From contig JASLDD010000113.1 of NCBI GenBank assembly GCA_030151725.1, positions 5,213-69,212 of the forward strand: a stretch of 64,000 nucleotides of DNA, in the 5' to 3' direction. Source of the stretch: Solirubrobacteraceae bacterium (GTDB lineage: Bacteria > Actinomycetota > Thermoleophilia > Solirubrobacterales > Solirubrobacteraceae). Under the pieces are notes generated by a model, which saw only the letters and a program-made list of their open reading frames with translations, was not told the DNA's origin and did not search any database. A program made the position numbers and the translations under genes. Shown here piece by piece: positions 40,917 through 51,453 of the stretch. The first letter of the stretch is position 1, and each line of letters opens with the position of its first letter.

Positions 40917-42620
40917 CTATCGCTCGTGCACAGCCACAGCCGTGGAGGCGCCTGCGGCGAACGGGTAGTCGGACTCGGGTTCTGAGCGTGCGCGGAACTG
41001 GTAGACGGCCGGGCCCGGGAACTTGAAGCGGTAGCCGGCGTGGAAACGGCCGTGGGCGTCTGTGCGGACGACCTGGAACTCGATCCACGCGCCACCCGGG
41101 GCGCGCGCCTCGAGGATCAGCTGCTTGCCCTCGGCCGGAACGGGGCCGCCGCGCAGGCGCCCGTGGAAGGAGATGGTGCGCCCCACGCTGGTGATCCGCG
41201 GTGCGATCGTGAGGAGAATCGGCGCCCGCACGTTCAGCCTGAGCGTGCGGGCTGCCGCCGCCACAGGATCGCCGAGATGGGCCCGGTAGACGAAGCGAAG
41301 GGTGCGCGAGGAGAGACCGGGCGCGAGACGCAGCGTGAAGTCCCCACGCGAATCCGTGTGGGGGCTGGCCATCGCTATCGCTCGCGCGCCTGTGGCGGAT
41401 TGCTTGGCCAGCACTTCGATCTGGGCTCCCACGATCGGCGCGCCTCCGGCGGCGGTAAGGCGGCCTGTGATCACGTGGCCGGATCCATAGGAACTCGTGA
41501 TGGCGGTCTTGGCGCTGTGCTTCCAACGCACCGCCAGAGTCGCCTGCGTCGATGCGTTGGCCCCATTTGGCGGTCCTGGCGTCCCCGGCGCCGGCTTGTT
41601 GTAGATCGTGATCTGGCGATCGAGCACCGGAGCGGCGTTCCCCGCCGCGTCGAGCACGCTCACGACCAAGTGATGGGTGCCGTTGGCGATCCTGGTGGTG
41701 TCCAACCCCACATCCGCGCTCACTGACGAAAGGCAAGGCTGCAGATACAAGAACGCGGGGCGCCCATCGCTCGTCTCGCCAACGTCCTTGCAGCGGCCGC
41801 CGTTTTCGTCGACCACCGAGCTCTGCACCACCTGACCGTCAACGCTGAACTGTGCCTCGTAGACCCCCGCGCCAGGGTCGCTCGCTTGGAACGTCACGTC
41901 GCTCGTGCCGCCTATTGTCGACGCGCTCGCTAGTTCGCCACCAGCGTTGGTTGCGCTCGGTCCCGCCTGCTGTTCAAGCGTTAGATCCGCTGCGTATAGG
42001 TAGACGACTGCCGCGTAGTGGTTGGGATCGCCAAAATGGTCGCCGCATTCCGCTTTCGGCGACGAGTGTCCACACACAACGTCGACATAGAGATTGCCGA
42101 GATCCGCAGCCGGCACCGGAACGCGGTTGCCCGCCGACAGAGCTTCACTAGTGCTGCCCTCCACTAGGCATTCTTTGACGTAGAGGCATTGATCGAAGGC
42201 CCCTTTGGATGATGAGCCTTCAAGCGCGAAGCCGTAGAACGCTTGGTCGGATTCGTTTCCGTGCACGTATCCGGCACGCCACAAGACGGCACCGGCTAGG
42301 TGCGCAGCTTTGGGGACTTCAAATGCCCAAGACGCTCCGTCAATCCCCTCGACATGCGGCTGTTCTTCGCCAATGGAGGCGGTAAGCGCTCCTCCCGATG
42401 AGCACGTATCGGACACGTGATCGTCGATCGCATGTTCAGGAGCCAGGGACCCACTCCACCCATCAACCGGAGCGCTCGCCCCCGCCGGCGTGCGACACGA
42501 GTACACGTGGTACGTGCCTGCCCTTGCACCCGGCGGCGTCCATGCCAGCGCAGCCACCGCAAACATGGCGGCTCCAAGCGCCCACATCCGCCTCCAAGCT
42601 TCTGCCGTCGCCAACTTCAT
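40917..42620 (-). CDS. Secreted Cys-containing multidomain beta-rich hypothetical protein
   Basis: Signal peptide ending ARA; YHVYSCRTP; several Cys; LDAAGN and C-terminal Ig-like strands. Confidence 0.7.
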   Translation of the reverse strand: MKLATAEAWRRMWALGAAMFAVAALAWTPPGARAGTYHVYSCRTPAGASAPVDGWSGSLAPEHAIDDHVSDTCSSGGALTASIGEEQPHVEGIDGASWAFEVPKAAHLAGAVLWRAGYVHGNESDQAFYGFALEGSSSKGAFDQCLYVKECLVEGSTSEALSAGNRVPVPAADLGNLYVDVVCGHSSPKAECGDHFGDPNHYAAVVYLYAADLTLEQQAGPSATNAGGELASASTIGGTSDVTFQASDPGAGVYEAQFSVDGQVVQSSVVDENGGRCKDVGETSDGRPAFLYLQPCLSSVSADVGLDTTRIANGTHHLVVSVLDAAGNAAPVLDRQITIYNKPAPGTPGPPNGANASTQATLAVRWKHSAKTAITSSYGSGHVITGRLTAAGGAPIVGAQIEVLAKQSATGARAIAMASPHTDSRGDFTLRLAPGLSSRTLRFVYRAHLGDPVAAAARTLRLNVRAPILLTIAPRITSVGRTISFHGRLRGGPVPAEGKQLILEARAPGGAWIEFQVVRTDAHGRFHAGYRFKFPGPAVYQFRARSEPESDYPFAAGASTAVAVHER

Positions 42621-42727
42621 CGACCTTATGTCGCTCCCTGACTGCTAAAGGCCCCCCTCCCAAATTGTTCCATATCGTGGGCACCGCAACACCGACCGCT
42701 GCAGTGACCGGCGATGCCAGCGCTAAG

Positions 42728-42756
42728 GGGAGAACACGCCTACGCGTCTCCCAAAA
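42728..42756 (-). repeat. Short extragenic hairpin, repeat family B copy 2
   Basis: Minus strand TTTTGGGAGACGCGTAGGCGTGTTCTCCC directly after the P450 stop. Confidence 0.6.
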
Positions 42757-42764
42757 ACGGCCCC

Positions 42765-44027
42765 CTATTGCCTGAACCTGATCGGCAGCTCAGCCATCCC
42801 GTAGATCCCCGACACGCTCTCAAACACCGGCTCCCCATCCAGCTCCAGCTCCGGCATCCGCTGCGCCAGGAACGCCAAGCCCTCCTGCAGCTCTGTGCGC
42901 GCCAAGTTCGCCCCCAGGCAGTAATGCACCCCTGCGCCAAACGTCAGCGGCCGCAACCGACCTCGCTCAGCCGTGATGTCGAAGCGCTCCCCTCCGTCCT
43001 CCTCCAGGTCCCTGTTCGCCGTAAACGCGCACACCATCACCACCGTCCCCTCCGGGAACCTCACATCCCGGTACTCCACTTCCTCCGTCAGGATGCGCGC
43101 CGTGAACGGCGTGATCGGCTCATACCGCAATGTCTCCTCTACAGCCCGCTCCGCAAGACCCGGATCCTCCACCAGCAACGCCCACTGATCCGGGTGTTCC
43201 GCCAGCAGCCTCACCGCATGCGCCAGCTGGCTCTGGCTCGTATCAACCCCGCCCACAAGCACGTTGAACACCAGGTTGATGCACTCCTCCTCCGACAGCC
43301 GCTCCGGTGGGTGCTCCGGATCTGACGCCTCGATCAGCCTCGAGATCAAGTCATCAGACGGACTCTCCCTGCGTGCCCGCACCAACTCCCTGGCATACAC
43401 ATAGAACTCCTCAACAGCCTCTTCTATCCCCTCCAGCTCACTGCCCATGCTCACCGCATCGAACTGCTTCTGGATCCAGTTCGACCAGTGATGCAACCGC
43501 GGCGCATCCTCCAACGGCGCCCCCATCACCCTCGCAATCACCTGCGACGGATACGGCTTCGCAAACGCCTCCACGAACTCACACCTGACGAGTCTCTCCT
43601 CCCCATCTCCTCCTTCACCTGCCGTCCCACCCCGCTCGACCGCCTGCCTCAGCAGCTCCTCCAGCGACTTCCTCATCGCCGGCCTGTAGCGCTCCACAGC
43701 CCGCTGCGAAAGCGCCGGGTTCACCAAGCTTCGCAGCCGTGAATGGTCCGGGCCGTTCACATGCAGGATGTTGCGCCGCATCTGCTCAAACAGCGGCCCC
43801 TCCTTCACGCCAAAGATCTCCGCAATCTTCATCCCCGGGAAGATCGCCTGGCGCGTGCGCAGGAAGAACTCCCCCGCATCCCTGTCAAGCGTCAAGTAGC
43901 CAAACGGCCCCTGCGCCAACCAGCCGCTGCTGCGCAGCCGCTCCATCTCCTCATGGAAGCGTTCCCCGCGCATCGACATCTCCGTGTGGTCGAACGCGGG
44001 GAGCTCCAGCTCGGTGACGAGCGCCAT
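42765..44027 (-). CDS. Cytochrome P450
   Basis: I-helix VGGVDTS, EETLR (ExxR), heme motif FGAGVHYCLG. Confidence 0.95.
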   Translation of the reverse strand: MALVTELELPAFDHTEMSMRGERFHEEMERLRSSGWLAQGPFGYLTLDRDAGEFFLRTRQAIFPGMKIAEIFGVKEGPLFEQMRRNILHVNGPDHSRLRSLVNPALSQRAVERYRPAMRKSLEELLRQAVERGGTAGEGGDGEERLVRCEFVEAFAKPYPSQVIARVMGAPLEDAPRLHHWSNWIQKQFDAVSMGSELEGIEEAVEEFYVYARELVRARRESPSDDLISRLIEASDPEHPPERLSEEECINLVFNVLVGGVDTSQSQLAHAVRLLAEHPDQWALLVEDPGLAERAVEETLRYEPITPFTARILTEEVEYRDVRFPEGTVVMVCAFTANRDLEEDGGERFDITAERGRLRPLTFGAGVHYCLGANLARTELQEGLAFLAQRMPELELDGEPVFESVSGIYGMAELPIRFRQ

Positions 44028-44046
44028 GATAGGCGGCCTCTCGGGT

Positions 44047-44331
44047 CTATTTTTTCTTCGGGCTTACCGCCTGCTTCAGCGAGGCGCCAGCCGAGAACTT
44101 CGGAGCCTTGGAAGCTTTGATTTTGACGCGCTCGCCCGTGCGAGGATTGACGCCCTGGCGGGCTGCTCTTTTGACGACCGAGAACTTGCCAAAGCCCGTA
44201 ATGCTCACCTCGTCGCCTTTTTTCAGCGTCTTGGTCACCGTGTCCAGCAGCGACTCGATCGCCCTGGCCGAATCGGCCTTGCTCAGGCCGCTGTCCGACG
44301 CGACCGCCTCAACCAACTGAGACTTGTTCAT
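44047..44331 (-). CDS. hup: DNA-binding protein HU
   Basis: MNKSQLVEAVA...GFGKF...ARQGVNPRTGE...PKFSAG; AAAGGA ribosome-binding site upstream. Confidence 0.96.
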   Translation of the reverse strand: MNKSQLVEAVASDSGLSKADSARAIESLLDTVTKTLKKGDEVSITGFGKFSVVKRAARQGVNPRTGERVKIKASKAPKFSAGASLKQAVSPKKK

Positions 44332-44345
44332 GAAGCAACTTCCTT

Positions 44346-45731
44346 TCAGGTAGATGTCACCGGCGACCGCGCAGGGTACCGTGCCAGCTTCTTCCCTGGG
44401 TTGAGAAGGCCCTTTGGGTCAAACGCACGCTTGATCTCCTCGTGCAGTTGCACCGCCCTTTCGTTCCACTGCGAGGCCAGCCGCCCCCGCTTCAGCCACC
44501 CCACCCCATGCTCCCCCGCAACCGATCCACCCAGCCTCACCACCAGCTCAAACAGCTCCTCTCCAATCGCCTCCGCCGCCTCAAGCTCCCGCTCCTGCGC
44601 CGGGTCCACCAGCACCGTCGCATGCACATTGCCCTCCCCGCCGTGGCCAAACGCGCACGACCTCAACCCGTGCTCCCTCGCCATTTCCTCAAAGCACTCC
44701 ATCGCCTCCCTCAGGCGCTCTCTCGGGAACACCACATCCTCGCTCACCTTCCCTCCCCGCACACCCGTCAGCACGCCATTCACGCCCTCCCGCCATCGCC
44801 ACAGCTCTTGCCCCTCCGGCTCCTGCACCTCAAGCGCGATCTCCTGCACCGATTCCAGCACCGCCTCCCGCTGCGCCGCCACGTCCCCCTCCGTGCCATC
44901 CACCTCCACCAGCACCCCAAACCCCGCCGCCTGCGGCACCTCTCCCGGATATGAGCCCGCGAGGAACTTCAGCGTCTCTCCGTCCATGAAATCCAGCACC
45001 GACGGACGCAGCCCCGCTCCCAGCGCCGCATCCATCGCCTCACACCCCTCCCTGCGCGTGGCGGCGAACACCATCATCGCCAGCGTCGCCTCCGGCACCG
45101 GCAGCAGCCGCAGCCTCACCGCCGTGATCACACCCAACGTCCCCTCCGAGCCAACCAGCAGGTTCTTCAAGTCATACCCCGCCACATCCTTGCCTGCCCA
45201 GCCCCCCACCTCCACCAGCTCTCCCGGCGCCAGCACCACCTCGAGCCCCGCCACCCACGCTCCCGTCACGCCGTACTTCAACGCATGCGGACCCCCCGCA
45301 TTCGTCGCCACATTGCCCCCTATCTGCGACTGCTCCGCCGCCCCCGGGTCCGGGCCGAAGAACAGCCCGTTCTCGCGCGCCAGCCGCTGCACATCGCGCG
45401 TGCACACCCCCGCCTCCACAAACATCCTCCACAGCGCCGGCTCCAGCTCCCGCACAGCCCGCAGCCGCTCCAGCGAGCACACCACCCCGCCCTCCATCGG
45501 CACCGCCCCGCCCGTCAGCCCCGTGCCGCCGCCCCGCGGCACTATCGCCACGTCCTGCTCGTAGCACCACCTCACTACCGCCGCCACCTCCGCCGCGCTG
45601 CCCGGAAGCACCACCGCATCCGCTCGGCCAATCACTCCCCTGCGACGCGTGCTGTCGACGTTGTAACGGGAGTCCTGCGGCGCCTGCAGCACGTGCTCTG
45701 CGCCCACAATCCTGCCCAGCGCCTTCTCCAT
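44346..45731 (-). CDS. FAD-linked 2-hydroxyacid oxidase/dehydrogenase (GlcD-like)
   Basis: [55 protein letters not shown]. Confidence 0.9.
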   Translation of the reverse strand: MEKALGRIVGAEHVLQAPQDSRYNVDSTRRRGVIGRADAVVLPGSAAEVAAVVRWCYEQDVAIVPRGGGTGLTGGAVPMEGGVVCSLERLRAVRELEPALWRMFVEAGVCTRDVQRLARENGLFFGPDPGAAEQSQIGGNVATNAGGPHALKYGVTGAWVAGLEVVLAPGELVEVGGWAGKDVAGYDLKNLLVGSEGTLGVITAVRLRLLPVPEATLAMMVFAATRREGCEAMDAALGAGLRPSVLDFMDGETLKFLAGSYPGEVPQAAGFGVLVEVDGTEGDVAAQREAVLESVQEIALEVQEPEGQELWRWREGVNGVLTGVRGGKVSEDVVFPRERLREAMECFEEMAREHGLRSCAFGHGGEGNVHATVLVDPAQERELEAAEAIGEELFELVVRLGGSVAGEHGVGWLKRGRLASQWNERAVQLHEEIKRAFDPKGLLNPGKKLARYPARSPVTST

Positions 45732-45802
45732 GCCCGACCGTGAGTTCCCATTGCTCGTCATCCCAGGCGAGGCTACCGCTACCAGTACCATTGGGAGTCG
45801 CA

Positions 45803-47455
<1,653 letters not shown>

Positions 47456-47543
47456 AGCTGTTCGGCCCGCCTCTGATGCGGTTGGGAAGGATTCGTGGCG
47501 GGTGCTTGGGAGGGTTGGGGTGGTGGGTTGTGTTATTCAAAAA

Positions 47544-47585
47544 GCGAACGCTGTGTAACCATGGCTATACAGCTCTTCAAAAGAG
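47544..47585. repeat. Palindromic element family A, copy 1
   Basis: GCGAACGCTGTGTAACCATGGCTATACAGCTCTTCAAAAGAG; core 47550..47573. Confidence 0.85.
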
Positions 47586-47708
47586 TGACTCCGCGTGAGC
47601 GCCGACGCGAGCGCGCACAAGGACAGCACCCCTTCCCCGCCCACATCGCTACTTCGCAACTTCTTAGGCCCTCGTCGTGTCCAAAGCCTAGGATCCCTGC
47701 TTCGCCCA

Positions 47709-49523
47709 ATGACCTCAGCAGCGCCTCATGGAGGCTTCTTGAAACACCTCATGCGCGCCGCCGGCCCGGTCACGCTCCTACCCGTGCTCGCCCTAGCCCT
47801 TGCCCCATCCGCTCACGCAGCAGCAATCGCCACAGTCCGCATATCTCCCCTCGCCGGAACGCCCTCCGCACTACCCGGCACCCAGATCAGCTTCCTGGGC
47901 GCTTCCGCCTCCTCCCTCAGCTCCATCTCAGTCGTCGGCTCCCGCAGCGGACGTCACAGCGGGCACCTGCGCGCCTACACCTCAGCCACCGGCTGCAGCT
48001 TCCTGTCCAACAAGCCCTTCCTCGCAAATGAGCACATCACCGTGAGCGCACGCTGGCGCAACGGCAGCAAGACCATCGCCCTATCAACCCACTTCAAGAT
48101 CGCCCGGCCTGTCGCCGTGGCGCTCAGCCAGTTTCCCACCACTCCAGGCACCCCCGAACAGGTACAGGACTTCCACTCCCAGCCCACCCTCCATCCGCCG
48201 ACAGTGCTCGTCGACCAAGCCGCCGGCAACGCAACCGCACCTGCCGCCGGCTACATCTTCGCCACGCCCTTCCTCGGCCCCGGCCAGTACGGGCCCATGA
48301 TCTTCGACAGCGCCGGCAACCTCGTCTGGTTTCGCGCTCTCCCCGCAGGCCAGAGTGCGGCTGACCTGCGCACCCAGGCCTTCGAAGGCAAGAACGACAT
48401 CACCTGGTGGCAAGGCCGCACCGGCACCCTCGACTACGGCCTCGGCGAGGACGTCATCGCTGACGCCAACTACAAGACCGTCGCCGTCGTGCGCGCCGGC
48501 AACGGCCTGCAAGCCGACGAGCACGAGTTCGATCTCACCCCCCAGGGCGCCGCCTACGTCCTCGCCTACAGCCCCGTCAAGGCCAACCTCTCAGCAATCG
48601 GCGGCCCCGCCCACGGAGTCGCCGTCGAGGGCGTCATCCAGGAGATCGACATCCACACCGGGCTTGTCATGTGGGAGTGGCACAGTCTTGCCCACGTCGG
48701 TGTCGTCCAGTCGTACTCCAAGCCGTCCGCCGCGTCCACCGCCCCCTTCGACTACTTCCACATCAACTCCCTCGCCACCGACAACCATGGCAACCTCCTG
48801 ATCTCCGCCCGCAACACCTCCACGATCTACAACATCGACGGTCAGACTGGCGCCGTGACGTGGCGGCTTGGAGGCAAGAGCAGCACATTCAAGCTTGGCG
48901 CCGGCGTGCCCTTCGCCTACCAGCACAACGCCGCCTGGCTGCCCGACGGCGACATCAGTCTCTTCGACGACGAGGGCCTGCCCACAGTCAAGCCGCCCTC
49001 GCGCGGCGAGGTGATCGCGCTGGACCCAAAGGCAAAGACCGCCACCCTCGTCACCCAGCTGATCCATACCTCCGGCCCACTTGCAACAGGCAGCCAGGGC
49101 GACCTGCAGGCGCTTCCCGACGGCGGTTGGATGGTCGGCTGGGGAAGCCTGCCCAACCTCACCGAATTCAACGCCCAGGGGCAGATCGTCTACGACGCCC
49201 AGTTGCCTCCCGGCGAGACCAGCTATCGCGTCTATCGCGAGCCATGGGCCGCACAGCCCGCCGAACCGCCCGCCCTCAGCGCTACCACCATCGCCGGCAC
49301 CACCTCCGCTTACGCCAGCTGGAACGGCGCCACCACAGTCACCTCCTGGCAGCTACTAAGCGGCTCCACCGCCACCACACTCACACCCCTCGCCACCGTG
49401 GCGCGAAGCGGCTTTGAGACCGCCATCACCACCCCCGCGGCGCCCTTCGTCGAGGTTCGCGCCCTCAGCGCCTCAGGCAGGGTCGTAGGTACCTCCAAGG
49501 TCATAACCCCAACTATCGGATGA
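47709..49523 (+). CDS. Secreted arylsulfotransferase (ASST) family protein, paralogue 2
   Basis: Signal peptide ending AHA; DEHEF, DYFHINS, SARN, YQHN, SQG. Start may be 47709, 47739 or 47751. Confidence 0.85.
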   Translation: MTSAAPHGGFLKHLMRAAGPVTLLPVLALALAPSAHAAAIATVRISPLAGTPSALPGTQISFLGASASSLSSISVVGSRSGRHSGHLRAYTSATGCSFLSNKPFLANEHITVSARWRNGSKTIALSTHFKIARPVAVALSQFPTTPGTPEQVQDFHSQPTLHPPTVLVDQAAGNATAPAAGYIFATPFLGPGQYGPMIFDSAGNLVWFRALPAGQSAADLRTQAFEGKNDITWWQGRTGTLDYGLGEDVIADANYKTVAVVRAGNGLQADEHEFDLTPQGAAYVLAYSPVKANLSAIGGPAHGVAVEGVIQEIDIHTGLVMWEWHSLAHVGVVQSYSKPSAASTAPFDYFHINSLATDNHGNLLISARNTSTIYNIDGQTGAVTWRLGGKSSTFKLGAGVPFAYQHNAAWLPDGDISLFDDEGLPTVKPPSRGEVIALDPKAKTATLVTQLIHTSGPLATGSQGDLQALPDGGWMVGWGSLPNLTEFNAQGQIVYDAQLPPGETSYRVYREPWAAQPAEPPALSATTIAGTTSAYASWNGATTVTSWQLLSGSTATTLTPLATVARSGFETAITTPAAPFVEVRALSASGRVVGTSKVITPTIG

Positions 49524-51379
49524 CCTTGCATAGATCTCTGCTCGTAGGAGGCGTAGTCGTTGCGCTCTCCTGCGTCGTTACACTCGCCCTCGCCTCCCGG
49601 CGCATCGTCTCCGAGGAGACCGCCTTCCAGGCTCCTACCGCCGGGCGCTGTGAAGCCGAACAGATCAATCGCTCGGCCCTGCTGCCAGGAACAGGCGTCG
49701 CCGTCACGCCCCTGCCCGGCTCTTACGACGCCCCTCCCGGCACCCAGATCAGCCTGCTCGGAGCGCCTCCCAGCGCATTCAGCTCAATCCGTGTAACCGC
49801 CTCCCAAAGCGGGTCGCACCCCGGGCACCTGATCGGCTACTCACAGGGCGATGGCGCCAGCTTTGTTCCCACCCATCCGTTCCGCGCGGGCGAGGTCGTC
49901 GATGTGAGTGGACGCATCGACATCGGCTCGCACACCCATTCCTTTGCCTACCACTTCGTCGTCGCCACCGAGGACACCCGCCTCTTCACCCCCGCCCCCG
50001 CCAAAGTCGCACGCGACGAGAACGAGATGCAGCACTTTTACTCGCGCCCCGAACTCGAGCCGCCGTCGCTCGCCGTCACCACCACCTCCACCGAAACCGC
50101 AGGGGGCTATATCTTCGCCGCCCCCTACTCCGGACCCGGCCCCGCCGGGCCCATGATCTTCGAAGAAAACGGCAACCTCATCTGGTTCGACGCGCTGCCC
50201 AGCGGCTACGCCTCATCCAACCTCCAAGTCCAGCAGGACGGGAGCACCCCCGTGCTGACCTGGTGGCAGGGTCACATCACTGCTCAGGGCTTCGGTCAGG
50301 GCGAAGAGATGATCTACAACAGCTCCTACCAGCAGGTCGGGCGCGTTCAGGCCGGCAACGGCATGAAAGCCGACCTCCACGACTTCCACATCATGCCCCA
50401 GGGCACCGCCCTGCTCACCATCTTCAACCCCATCGACTGCAACCTCTCGGCCGTCGGCGGCCCCTCCGGAGGCGCAGCTACCGACACCATCCTCCAGGAA
50501 ATCGACCTTCACACCGGGCTCGTCCGGCGCGAGTGGCACAGCCTCGACCACATCCGCCTCATCGACTCCTACAGCACCGCCACTCACGCAAGCGTCGCAT
50601 GGCCCTTCGACTACTTCCATCTCAACACCATCGACCAGCTCGCCAGCGGCAAGACCCTGATCTCCGCCCGCAACACCTGGGCGCTCTACGAACTCAACAC
50701 CCAGACCGGACAGGTGCTCACGCGGATCGGCGGGCGGCACTCCGACGTCAAGCTCGGCCCCGGCGCCGCCACCGCTTTCCAGCACGACGCCACCGTGCTG
50801 GCCAACGGAGCCATCAGTGTCTTTGACAATGGTGCCGTGCCCAAGGTTCACCCGCAGTCCCGTGGTCTCGTCCTGGCCGTCAACCCCACCAGCAAGACCG
50901 ACACCGTGCTCGCCCAATACGAGCACCCAACACCCCTGTCATCCGGCAGCCAGGGCAACATCCAGGCTCTCTCCAACGGGGATATGTTCATCGGCTGGGG
51001 CGCCGAGCCCTACTTCACCGAGTTCAACTCCAGCGGCAAGGTCATCACCGACATCCACATGCACGGCTCCTACCAGTCCTACCGTGCCTACCGCTTCCCC
51101 TGGACCGGCGCACCCAGCGAACCCCCTGCAATCCTCGCCTCCGCCGCCAGCGTGAGCAGCGCTCCCACCGTCTACGCAAGCTGGAACGGAGACACGCGCA
51201 CTGCCAGCTGGAGACTGCTTGCCGGGATCTCTCCACAGCAGCTCAGCCCTGTCGCCACCGCTGCCAAGGCCGGCTTTGAGACCGCCATGCACGCCCCAGG
51301 GCCAGCTCCCTACGTGGAGGTGCAAGCGCTGGACTCCAGCGGAGCCGTAATTGGCACATCCCGCGCCGTCAAGGGATGA
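49520..51379 (+). CDS. Secreted or membrane-anchored arylsulfotransferase (ASST) family protein, paralogue 3
   Basis: N-terminal hydrophobic helix; DLHDF, DYFHLNT, SARN, FQHD, SQG. ATGA overlap with paralogue 2. Confidence 0.85.
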   Translation: MTLHRSLLVGGVVVALSCVVTLALASRRIVSEETAFQAPTAGRCEAEQINRSALLPGTGVAVTPLPGSYDAPPGTQISLLGAPPSAFSSIRVTASQSGSHPGHLIGYSQGDGASFVPTHPFRAGEVVDVSGRIDIGSHTHSFAYHFVVATEDTRLFTPAPAKVARDENEMQHFYSRPELEPPSLAVTTTSTETAGGYIFAAPYSGPGPAGPMIFEENGNLIWFDALPSGYASSNLQVQQDGSTPVLTWWQGHITAQGFGQGEEMIYNSSYQQVGRVQAGNGMKADLHDFHIMPQGTALLTIFNPIDCNLSAVGGPSGGAATDTILQEIDLHTGLVRREWHSLDHIRLIDSYSTATHASVAWPFDYFHLNTIDQLASGKTLISARNTWALYELNTQTGQVLTRIGGRHSDVKLGPGAATAFQHDATVLANGAISVFDNGAVPKVHPQSRGLVLAVNPTSKTDTVLAQYEHPTPLSSGSQGNIQALSNGDMFIGWGAEPYFTEFNSSGKVITDIHMHGSYQSYRAYRFPWTGAPSEPPAILASAASVSSAPTVYASWNGDTRTASWRLLAGISPQQLSPVATAAKAGFETAMHAPGPAPYVEVQALDSSGAVIGTSRAVKG

Positions 51380-51453
51380 CACCCACGGATTGGGTGGGCA
51401 GCACCGTTTGATAGGCTCGACTTTGGTTAATGTCAAGGGGGAGCTCTGAAGGC

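Noticed and set aside
45732..45802. Cobalamin riboswitch upstream of the B12 mutase
   Set aside because: The gap is only about 70 bp and has no B12-box-like sequence.
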